The notes under the pieces were generated by a model. The model did no database searches, was not told the origin of the DNA, and saw nothing but the letters and a program-made list of their open reading frames with translations. Position numbers and translations under genes: made by a program. Shown in pieces: positions 1 through 18,934 of a DNA stretch of 64,000 nt (positions within the stretch are counted from its first letter, which is position 1; each line of letters starts with the position of its first letter). Location: positions 92,743 to 156,742 of the forward strand of contig NW_004797971.1 in NCBI RefSeq assembly GCF_000002075.1, in the 5' to 3' direction. The DNA comes from Aplysia californica. Its lineage: Eukaryota.

Positions 1-654
1 ACCCCGTGACCCCGAGTCGGGGAGCTCCGGCGGGCTGCTGAGTCACGCGAACTAAAAGTAACAGAATCGGGCGAAAAGTGACGCCGTGGCTTATGCGACG
101 TTCAAAGCCCGGACCGATAGTGCCCCCCCCCACCACCCTCCCCGACACGCACACAGCCACACGTGTGCAGGTCGCCCATCCGACCCCGACACATGCTGAC
201 GAGCCATCTTTAATTGCTTCTGGTGACCTCTTGATAAAAAAACATTTATTAGAAGCGCTGGAGTAATATTACCGGTTCGGTCAAAATAAGGACGAAAACA
301 GGCACGTTGACTTTATATCTCCTATCTGCCTTGCCCTAGAGACAAACCGAAACCAGCTACAGGAAGTCATGTGATTGGATGACCCCAGGAATGACCTGTT
401 TCAGCTTGTTCTCATGTTTGAGGCCCTTACTGGGTGCAAAAGTGACGCCCGATTTATTTACGAGTTCAGTCGCATTTTTTTGGTTTTCTCATTCATTCGG
501 GCAGTATTTTGACATTCGGTCATTTTCAATTATTATCACATTTGTTTCTTTGCAAGCTTAATAACATGATTTTTAATGTTTGTTATCAACACTTGGACAC
601 AATGATAGTTTGTCTAAAGTGGTATTCAGCACTTATAACTATTTTAATGAGTAT

Positions 655-830
655 GTATCTGACCCACTCTACTACGTGGTATCTGACTCTACTACACTGG
701 CATCTGGCTCACTCAACAACACTGGATCTGACTCGGCTACACTGATATCCAACTGTATTACACACAGGTATCTGACTCTATTACACTGGTGTCTGACTGA
801 GTTAATATGCTGTATCTGACTCAACTATTA
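655..830. repeat. Degenerate ~21-25 bp minisatellite (GGTATCTGACTCTACTACACT-like units)
   Basis: About eight imperfect copies of the gtatctgactc core in tandem. Confidence 0.7.
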
Positions 831-954
831 TTTAAATTATGCACAAATTCTTTATTCTTTGTTATAGATACCATTGGCTCTATATTATCTTATGGACTTA
901 TGTGCCCGAAGGATGAGAAACTACGGATTTTATGCTACAATCCGGGCACCCCCC

Positions 955-1439
955 CTTTGGGCAAAAACGGCGAGACTGACTAAACGGCAAATTCTCTTTC
1001 ATCCTTGACAGGGCCTCATATGCAAATAACTCTCCAGCCTTCAGAGTCTACCAAAACGTAGAATCTAGGTCACAGGCTCCTTCATCCACAACCAATGTTA
1101 ACTCTTCCGGGAAAAGAGCTTCACGCTGTTTTGCCTTTGCTCAGTTGATGAAGAAAAAGCTGTCTTAAGGCTTAAGGACTATTTTTAGCAAAATATCGCC
1201 GTAACTGTACTGTTGTTTCAACGAAAGTAAGGGAGGTTGCTTTAGGTTTGTGTGCCACTCTTTTGGGGCTAGATTTGAAAACAAAGTTTTAAACGATCTT
1301 TTTGTACTCCAGTGCCCGACAGAAAAAAAAAAACGTGCTGCCCGAACCGGTACGATTACTCTATAACTTTTCAGGCCGGCCTCAAATTCATCATAAGATT
1401 AAAACTCGGCTCCTGCACAAAACGCCTTTTTGCCCAAAG
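955..1439. mobile_element. Putative non-autonomous DNA element
   Basis: Inverted repeat CTTTGGGCAAAAA(C)GGCG at ~955 and CGCCTTTTTGCCCAAAG ending ~1439; no clear TSD. Confidence 0.4.
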
Positions 1440-2080
1440 TGATCCCTATCTCTACCCAGCCTGAGGCGAGTCAAGAGTGAGGCAGGACAGGAAGTCGGAT
1501 TCACGAGTCACAGGAAGTCGGAAGTGATGTCATGCTGGACAAGAATCAGAGTCCGAATAACATTTTTTCATATTCGTAATCGAGTCCGAATAATCACTTC
1601 GTTTATTTTTTTGTCTTCTGAAATTAAATTTCACCTTCATTGCAATCTCACCAGGCTAGATCTAGATTTAGGTCTAGAGTATCTAGATATCTAGATTTAG
1701 ATTCAGTCTAGATCTAGAATCTAGTTGACAAGAGTCAGTAGTCAGACCAGTCACCAACAAATCAAGTCAAGATTCGTCGCTCTCACTCTCAATCATGAGT
1801 CAAATCAGAAAAAAAGCAAAACATGACACTAAAACTAGAATAGACTAATGGCTTACCACTCATGACTGTCACAACTAACAGCTGCCTTTTTCTGTGTTCT
1901 TCATCATAAATAAGTCAGTATATTATGTTTCTACAAACGTAAAGCTACACATCTATTCTAGAGATACTATATTCTAGAATATAGATCTACATCCCCTTCT
2001 CACAATATGACAAACAATAACACTCGCCCACTTTACTCTTCCCAAAGGATAACTCTAGTCTACAGTGATCACATGACACC

Positions 2081-2136
2081 TACTTCCTGTTTCAAGAGTT
2101 GTCTTTCTCTTTTTATCTTGGTCCCCTGAAAACAAG
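2081..2136 (+). promoter_or_regulatory. RPL10: RPL10 TCT/5'TOP core promoter and non-coding exon 1
   Basis: Polypyrimidine CTCTTTTTATCTT at ~2107-2119, ETS/GABP-like ACTTCCTG at 2082-2089, donor AAG|GTACTG at 2137; typical ribosomal-protein gene layout. Confidence 0.7.
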
Positions 2137-2287
2137 GTACTGCGTCAGTTACTTCGTTTATTAAATCGTATTTCATCGTGAATCATCACTTTTTATTTTA
2201 TATATTTCTGACATACTGTTTATTTTAGACATCTTTATAACAACTTTTCATTGAGCACGTTCATTTATTTTGTGTCTACAGGCCAAG

Positions 2288-10303
<8,016 letters not shown>

Positions 10304-10330
10304 GCTGAGATCAGGAGTTTGGTCAATGTG

Positions 10331-10336
10331 AATAAA
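10331..10336 (+). terminator. RPL10: RPL10 polyadenylation signal
   Basis: AATAAA 27 nt after the stop, followed by T/GT-rich sequence. Confidence 0.8.
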
Positions 10337-10659
10337 CTGTTTGAGAACAGGCAAATTTTGTTTATTTATTGTGTAGACTGTGTGAAGCCTGTTTCTGTGA
10401 TTATATTGTCATTTCAGCATTAGCGTTCGTTCTCCCTTCAATTTGTACGTGTACTGTGCGTTGTGTGTCATTTTAATGGATGGTTGATGTGTGATTTGCT
10501 CCTTCTCTCGTGTCAAATATCCGTTGTCCTTCTCTCCTTTTTATGTGTTATACTCTCTTGTAACACCTGTTATAATCTTAGGTACTTTTATGCAAACAAA
10601 ACAACTCTTGCTAAAACTCACTTTACAAGTCCTCTCGATTTGATGTGAATTGAATACGA

Positions 10660-11295
10660 GTCGAAGCTGTCCATAACATTCACTGGAGATCACAGGGAGC
10701 ACAAAGTCTGCTTCGACTATCAAGGCACCCTGGAGATGGCGGGTCGCAAGAGTATGACAAACGTACAAAAGAAGTAGAGGAAAATGACGATAGTGGGGAG
10801 TAGGAAAGAAAGCAGTTATGAGCATGACATTGTTGGATCAGCCCATTTACAATTCTACTGTGCATGAACGAGAAATGCCCATCCTTTGGGAATGGCCTAA
10901 AGACACTTCAGTCCCCCCGGGGCAGTGCCACTGACTGATTGTAGTGTCTTTAGGCCATTCCCAAAGGGGGGACATTTCTTGTTCAAGCATAGTCGAATTG
11001 TAAATGGGCTGACTCATGTCACGCTCATAACTGTTCCTGATCTACAACAGGGAACTGCTGCTTTTTCTTTCCTGATCCTTACTATTGTCATTTTCCTCTA
11101 CTTCTTTTGTATGTTTGTCACTCCCTTGTGACTGTGACTTGCTATTTCCGGGTTGCCTTGATAGTCGAAGCAGACCTTGTGCTGTTGAAGCTAGAGAGGT
11201 GACCAGTGAAAGTCTGATTCCCTGTAAAGACGTCTCTGTTGACACCCACCCCTTGGCGCTCATAAGACCTTATGTAGTTGCGAGCACCGTAAAAC
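10660..11295. mobile_element. Two family-A SINE copies joined head-to-head (- at ~10660-10920, + at ~10917-11295)
   Basis: Arms are mutual reverse complements (e.g. GAATGGCCTAAAGACAC / GTGTCTTTAGGCCATTC). Confidence 0.75.
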
Positions 11296-14200
11296 GTAGT
11301 TATTCGCACAGGGTGTGTGAATACTATGAAATTTTATTCGCACAGGGTGTGCGAATACTATAAAGTTGTATTCGCACAGGGTGTTTCAAAAGAAGGAAGG
11401 GAATCGGGCCTACCATTTTCTCAATTTTTTTCTCCTCATCGCGCAAGGACAAAGATCTTAGGGGCTGGATTGAACTAGAGAGTTGATTGAACTTTGGTGG
11501 ACCCGCCGTGTTTATATGTATTAATGCGCACTAGGCAAACAACGGACTTATACCAGAGACAATGTACGTAAACGTTCATTGTCTCTGCTTATATTATACA
11601 TTCATGGGTCCTAATCGACCTCTACGCGAACTAGTTCCCGGCGAGGCGGAGTGAGTGAGACTTGTTCCCGGCGAGGCGGAGTGAGTGAGGGCTGCGAGTG
11701 CGAGTAGTACTAGCTGCGAGAATACCACGAGAGAGAGAGAAGGGGGGACGAGACAAAGTTATAGATCTAAACGGACCTGCATTTTATTATCCGAATCACC
11801 GAAGAGATCGAAGTCCGGAATATCTAGGCGTCGGATGAGGACGTTTACCGCAGGAACAGGCGCAGGGTTCTCACTACAGGGTCGGGAAAAAGTAGTCGGG
11901 AATTTTGTGATGGGTCGGTAAGTCGGGAAAGTATAGGGCCTGTGTAATGTGCAGCTATCTAGACTGTATGGTTGATGAATCCTAAAGAGGAAACGTAATT
12001 GAAATTGAACCGCTGTGACGGAAGTGTGTGTGACACCGAGGCTCGGTCGGGAAGAATCAAGATCTGCTTTCGTTACTGCCCAGAAATTTTCCGGTAATAG
12101 TCTGATAGATAACGCAACATTTGTAACATGCAGGTTGTGCATTATGAACGCTGTGTCGCCTTGAAAATAAATCAATATATTAAAAATTGCCCTCTGCTGT
12201 CGCTTGTGGAAAAAAGAAGTTATACAAGCGTCTTGACAGGTTCGCCCTCGTGACCGGTCAATGAACCCGTGAGTACCGGCGGTCTGAGCGCTGTGAAGTA
12301 TTGGACTCCTTTATAAGATACACTCATGGAAGGGGATTGGGGGGGGGGGGGGGAGCTGAAGGCAACGCTAGAGGACAAAAACTGAATTTGGAAGCAAATT
12401 TTTTAGCATTTTGATTACTACTTTAGAGCTCTCTGCAAAGCGCGCGTTGGTGCAGGCCTTGTGTGGAATCAGGATCCGTCATGCCTTGTTATTGAACTAA
12501 GTGTTCGCGTTTCATTGGATGGAGTGATTGTAATTATCTATATATTTTATTAGCTTTCTGTTCAAGACTGGCAGATTTTCAGTGTCACTGCATCTTGCAC
12601 CTCACACTGAATATATGTGTACTTGAGCCATTCTAGTTATTACTCTACTTTGAGTTGCAGCAATGGTTTTCGTCTTCACGTTTATTATATATATATATAT
12701 ATATGAATCGTGACACCCAGACTGGTTATTGACAGTCGATTTTCTAGTTCTAAATCTAGGTCTTTTTTCAGGCTCAAAACAGGATTCATTTTTTTAAATA
12801 TAGGGCCTATAGTTTGTTATGTTGGCTAATATGATGATGGGAAAATATAAATAAGTAAGAACAGACTGAAATACCAAAGTCTCTCAAGATCCCAGTGCCA
12901 CACTGACATGTTGTTAACTGGATATAATGTACCTACATGTGTGTGTGTGTGTATTCACAAAAACATATACATGTATTATATTAGATATATAAATGGAGCA
13001 CACGCTTTCATGCTTTCATTGTTATGTAACGTCCTGGAAAATGGATGAGGCCCCTCCCTTGGAAAATTGAGAAGCTGGTTTGGCAGTCACCCAGTATTAT
13101 AGTCATCTATTGTTTGAAGACTATACTACAAAATGTACATTTGCATTCATCTATAGACATTTTGACTTTTTATCTTTGATAGATGGGCTTTTTGGGGATC
13201 ATTCTTGACGCGCAGCGGCCTGATTTTTCCGTCGAATTGGGGTCTTGAAAAAAATTTGGGGGTCTTGAAAAAATGTTCCGGGATTTGGTGGGGACCCTGT
13301 CACTATTATATTATATTAGTATTACTTGATCCCAGCCGCTGTTTCTTTTCAGGGGGAGGCAGTGGAGGGAGACCAGAAGTGGATGATTGACCAGCAGGTT
13401 CCTGATTTTCTTGATTACATGTCGTAGTCGTAGGCTTATTTTTGCTCCTTTTCTTTTGAGGGGGAGGCAGCGGAGGGAGACCATTAAGTGGAGGATGGAC
13501 CAGCAGGTTCCTGGTTTTCTGAATTAGTCGTAGTACGCTAATTTTTGGTGGACCGCACCTTCTGCACTTAAGTTATTAGGATACTTATAGATCTAGTATT
13601 CGACAGTCCGGGGGGGGCTGCCACATGCAAATCATTCATAATAAACAGAAAAGTGGACCAGGAACATTTTATAGTTTGCTCTGCCCAAGAACTTTACTTT
13701 ATAGTGGACCCACATTGCCAGCCTAGGCTAGGCCTAAGAGGTACCATGAGACTAATGAGAGACGATAGAGGCGCGGGTGAAGTTTACCAGACCAGTGAAA
13801 AGAGGGGGAGACATGGTGGAGGTATCTAGATTTGTTTCTAACGCGTACTGTAGCTATGCTGTCTTCTCAATTCAGTTCAGACTTTTTCTTCTCTTCGCTT
13901 ACTTGGGCCAAGACTTGACCGTAGTCTAGATTCTAGAAGAAATGGGGAATCGGGAAGGATTTTTACCTGTCCTGTACCGTGGTCTCCATAATCCGTATTA
14001 GATCTAGATCTAATATATATATACATGATGAATAACAAGCAAGCATAGAATGACCATTCCTTTCTTTAAAAAAAAATTCTTCCACTCACACCAGAATCTA
14101 CTCTTAAATATATCTAGATCTACATTAGATAAAGAAAAGTACATGTGTATAATCTTTATTTAGTAACCCATCATCATGCCCATGTAGATCATAGTGGGAA

Positions 14201-15206
14201 CAATAGATCTAGACATCTAATGGGCCTGTCTGTTCTCAGTGTCAGTGGGAATAGTTTCTTGGCCTCATCCCAGTGACACGGGAACAATTCTGGCCTATTC
14301 CCAGTTCTTTCCAAAATTAAAACCCTTAGCCTAAAACTAAAGGTGGGATACATGGGTGTGACAAATGAGGTCCAAAATCAACTTTATGTAGTAACTCTGT
14401 AGTAATACATCATATTATTTATGGCCGAATGATTGCAGTTTTACTTTTAGGGACTGTTCACAAATGACCCCACCCCTCTTGTAATCTTTCCCAGGACACC
14501 CCCCCCCCCCCCCCCCCCCACTCAAGTTGCCGTCAACCAAAATTATGTACACATGTGTACGTTTAGATAGAACTTGTACAATGTGCATTTGCACCTTTGA
14601 TTTTTTTTTTTTTATGTTTATTTATTTAAAGAATACAATAATGGTGGCGCTGCCCCTGCTTGCACTGGAACCGGATCGACTGGTACACGTATACAGCACT
14701 CAAGGGGTCTGTTTGGCCAATTTTAGTGGATCGTGTCACCACAAATTTTGTGTTATTAGTACTTTCATACTCTTTCAGAGCCTCTGTGAACTCTGAAAAG
14801 CTCTTGAACTTGGCTCCCACTTCCATGCTGAGAATAAATCTAGAAGAACTAGATCTAGATCTAGGTGTTGAGTAATTTCAGATTTGCGATGCAATAGCCT
14901 TGGGGCCAACAGAACGCTACTGGCAAGGTTCTCTCAGGGCTCTGTTTTGAAAAATGAAAATGCCACGCAGGTAAGCTTATTATATAGGCCAAGACTGCCT
15001 AGTTTCGCGGACTCTCGCGGCATTTGCCAATCTCGCACAGCGTTCGCAGCGCGCAACGATCTCGTGCAGCGCGCAGGTCGGGTCGACCCTGTGCGAATAT
15101 AATTATTTCTTATTCGCACACCCTGTGCGAATAATATTAATTCTTATGCGCACACCCGGTGCGAATAATATAAATTTTTATGCGCACACTCGGTGCGAAT
15201 AACCAC
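11296..15206 (-). mobile_element. ~3.9 kb DNA element with palindromic subterminal repeats and a ZSWIM3/MULE-like N-terminal ORF remnant
   Basis: Ends GTAGTTATTCGCAC / GTGCGAATAACCAC; arrays of TATTCGCACAGGGTGTGCGAATA; ORF 14826-14626 MEVGAKFKSFSEFTEALKEYE...YQSIRFQCKQG; duplicate at ~20578-24488. Confidence 0.6.
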
Positions 15207-15918
15207 TTCCATATAAAGTCCTGTTATACCTGACCCCTGTTAAATCAGAAATGCAAGGGAAGTAATCATTTGTGGACTAATCCAGCTGTATTTATTCATG
15301 GGTAGTTTTCCTTGCCACAAGTACTGCGACAAGTACCCACGGACAGGGGTTTTGGTCATATGGCAGTACAAAAATGTAACAGGCCTGCGCTTGACACATT
15401 GCAACTTACACGTGCATCTAGCTTGGCTTAAAACTGAAAGCTAGATTGAACGTCTGAAGTCTGCAGCAGCACACCGCAGCCTTCTCTCGCTTCATCCGCT
15501 GTGTGTGTGCTTGCGTGGTCTCTCTATCACTATCACTCTTTTTACACATTGTTAACGAGCCTTTGTCCCTGCTATAAAAACCGATGTGGCCCTGTTATTG
15601 CCGATAACTTTTAACAAAGAGTAGACAAAAACGGTTTCCATTCTACGAGGTCCGTCTCAGAATAATGTTTCCCTCCTCCATAAAATCAAAAGTTTGCAAC
15701 CAACAGCCTCTATATTTTGTGACATCATGTCTAAGAAATCTCTATGCCAAATTGCAAGTGCATTGGTGAACGGGTCATAGAGCTGTGGCTGTGACGTATC
15801 AAGTGCGGTGTTCTTGTGCACTTTGTCCAACGCAAATACCAGGAAAATGGCTGAGCAAAACATTGGTGCAACCTTCTCATGCTACGATGTCCAAGTTGTG
15901 ATCAAATTTTAAACTCTT

Positions 15919-16544
15919 GTTTTGTTTTTGTAAGTGTTTTACGGCGCTCGCAACTGCATAAGGTCATATGAGCGCGCGGGACACATTATTAAACTTTTTC
16001 AGTAGGTAGGAAATTTTGAATTTTGCTCGGGTGGAGGCAACTTGCACACGGCCCCTCCGAGATTCTTCGCCCTTGTCCGAGAAGGCTAGGTGTAGACCTT
16101 TCCTACCAGAAGATCAGGGGTGTGGCTGAAAAACAGCAGTAAGAAGAAGCCAAGGAGTAGCAGTAGAAAAGCTAAGCTGTAGAAAGAATCGGGAGCCCAG
16201 AGGAGGGGGGCAAAGGAAATGAGGGAGTGGGGGCAGAAAGAGGAGACGAAAGCAGACGACATAACATTGCTAGAGAGCAGGAAAGGAGACAAATTTAGAG
16301 AAGAAATTTTTGTCACTACCTGTATTCGAACCCGGGACCTTTGAATGATTGAGAGGTTAACACCTTAAAACCTCTAGGCCACGAGAGCCCCCAAAATTTT
16401 CTTTTACCTCTTTTTACTACGAATCCAAGTCGCCATGTCGGGTTACTGTAGGCCACGAGAGCCCCCAAAATTTTCTTTTACCTCTTTTTACTACGAATCC
16501 AAGTCGCCATGTCGGGTTACTGTAGGCCACGAGAGCCCCCAAAA
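15919..16544 (-). mobile_element. tRNA-derived SINE (family B), apparently full length
   Basis: A box TGGCCTAGAGG and B box GGTTCGAATAC on the minus strand, shared SINE tail, A-rich end, TSD TTTAAACTCTT (15908-15918, 16545-16555). Confidence 0.8.
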
Positions 16545-16547
16545 TTT
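16375..16547. repeat. 74-bp tandem repeat (2.3 units), present only in duplication copy 1
   Basis: TAGGCCACGAGAGCCCCC starts at 16375, 16449 and 16523; single occurrence in copy 2. Confidence 0.92.
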
Positions 16548-17219
16548 AAACTCTTCTTCTTGGCACGTCTGCAGCTGAAACCCGTGGTGATCAATACAAA
16601 GTAACAGGGAATAATGCCTCATCACAATTCACACAGTAAGGAAATGGATCAGGGAGGTTGAAAGATGGGAGGTGTGACATGAAAGATGAAGCGCACACAG
16701 AAAACATGGGCAGAGAAAGGTGAAGCACTTTTTTTCGGCATGAGTGGAACATCAATGGTGTCTACTACGTGTACAGATACGTCCTCAAAGATCAAAGACA
16801 AGCTGAGACCCGCGATCCGGACAAAAGACCCACTTTACTTGAAAAAGGCGTCATCCTGCACCATGACAATGCGCCTGTTCACAAGTCCAGAGTTGTGAAC
16901 GAGCTTTTTGTGAGGGCTACTCATGAGAAGTATTGGAACGCCCGATCTCGCCCCATGCAACTTCAATCTATCCCCCAAGATGAAAGAAATGCTGACTGTC
17001 ACTACGATTTGAGGACGAAGACCAGATTCAAGAGGCTGTGGAGAAACGCACTCGGGACCTTGGACAAACGATCACTGATCACGGTCTTTGACTGCTGCGA
17101 ACATGGGATATTTGAATGAGCTTTCTGTTGATACCAAATACAAGGTGATTTATAGTTATATGTGAGGACAGCATGACAGGGAAACTTTATTCTGAGACAG
17201 ACCTCGTAATCGTATGTCA

Positions 17220-17410
17220 GTCACTCTCTTGTGAACTGCTATATCCAGGGTGCCTTGATAGTCACAGCTGACTTTGTGCTGTTGAGTTGAGGTGATCAGA
17301 GTAGGCCTGATTCCCCGTGTAGACTTCTCTGCTGACATCCTCCCCTAGGCTCTCATCATATGGCCTTATGCTGTTGCAAGCGCCGTAAAACCTTACTAAA
17401 ACAAACAACA
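17220..17410 (+). mobile_element. 5'-truncated family-A SINE
   Basis: Homology to the 3' half of 6671-7070, including the tail. Confidence 0.65.
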
Positions 17411-18834
17411 GGGCATCCCTAAGGAACAGCCTTCTGGGTTGCGCTGTTCTGTAGTCGCTGCCTGAGTGCAGTTTGTGAAAGTTGAGCACCCTTTACGTGT
17501 ACTCAATTTCACACTTACTTACCATCATGGGTGTGATTTAAAGCAAATTATTGTACAATTGCATTCTCTTGAAATTAGAAATAAAAAGATAAGATCATGT
17601 GTTTGCTTCATAATCAACCTTAGGAGCAAGCATGAAGTTGGTCGTGTAGCAGATTTTCTCTAAAGCGGTCTTCTGTCAAATAAATTTGTCAGTCCAACAT
17701 CGAGGGAAACTTTTCTTCTACATCTAGTTTTAAAAGTCTTTGTTGACGAATTACGCAGATCTTTTGCCGTGTACAAACAATGATGATACAAGGGACGTCC
17801 GGAAAGTAAGTAGGCCTACCAGGTACCATTTAAAAATAATTATAAAAGAAATAATTTCCCCAATCAAAACGATTTATTGTTGAATACCAGTCATGATGAC
17901 TACTTCTCTACGTAGTCACCAGAACTGTCGAGGTGTCATAGCGTGGGACGAGCTTCTGAAAGCCCTCATCGTAGAAAGCTGCCGCCTGCGATGTCCGCCA
18001 ATGTCGAGTCTCTCCTGTGATGTCCGTCAATGTCGAGTCTCTTCTGTGAGATCAGCGTCTGAGTCGAAGTCCTGCAGGGCCAAAAACTTTTTCAAATGAA
18101 GGAAAAGATGAAAGTCACTCGGAGCCAGGTCTGATGGATGCTTCAACTATTCCCATCCGAAGGTGGCGATCAGGTTTTGGGTGTGGGCAGACTTGTGAGG
18201 AGTTGCATTGTCGTGCAGAGGAACAACGCCGTCGCTAAGCATTCCGCGTCTTTTGTTTTGAATTTGAATCGCATTACGCAGTTTTTTAAAGTAAGTGTGT
18301 TGCAGTCAGTACACATCAGAGTTAATTGTCATCCCATTTCCCCAAAGCCAAAATTCTACTAAAAGAACTCCTTGCCTGTTCCAGGAGTAGTCATCATACA
18401 GTGGAACTCTAATTCAACGAGGTCGCCGGGCCTGACCTAAAATCTCGTTGAATCCGAGTGTTCGTTATAGCAAACACGAGGTTTTGTGTTGATAATTACA
18501 GGCAATGAGCAAGTAATGTATAAAGAGAAGTCACAAATAGTGCCTGAAATGCCTGCATATTTTGAGCTGTGTAAAAAAAAAAGGCTGATTTGTTCAAACG
18601 CACACGCCTGTGTCATCTCGATTGTTTACCAAAACGTTGAGTTGCTGTGTAGAGCCTAGCATAGGGCAACTTTTGATTCCATAGAGCAGCGCACAATTCA
18701 TTACATGTACGTAGATCTAGATCTATGTCAAAACTAGCTTATCATTATAATACTTATAAGTTGCCGAGGGGGAAAAAAGACTGTGACGCGTTTGTATCTG
18801 CGACGTTCCACGCCCGGACCACTAGTGCCCCCCC

Positions 18835-18934
18835 NNNNNNNNNNNNNNNNNNNNNNNNNNNNNNNNNNNNNNNNNNNNNNNNNNNNNNNNNNNNNNNNNN
18901 NNNNNNNNNNNNNNNNNNNNNNNNNNNNNNNNNN
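18835..18934. other. Assembly gap (100 N)
   Basis: N run. Confidence 1.

Larger units (their letters stand above)
15646..17206 (+). mobile_element. Decayed mariner element interrupted by a SINE
   Basis: 29-bp TIR CGAGGTCYGTCTCAGAATAAWGTTTCCCT, TA TSD, remnants VVIKF and ILHHDNAPVHKS; duplicate at 24928-26340. Confidence 0.88.

Noticed and set aside
11301-11385. Palindromic repeats with short spacers resembling a CRISPR array (also 15088-15203 and 50494-50587)
   Set aside because: Eukaryotic context, ~13-nt AT-rich related spacers, no cas genes; mirrored at element ends like subterminal repeats
16310-16395. tRNA gene on the minus strand
   Set aside because: A and B boxes are present but there is no good cloverleaf; it continues into a SINE body, tail and TSD
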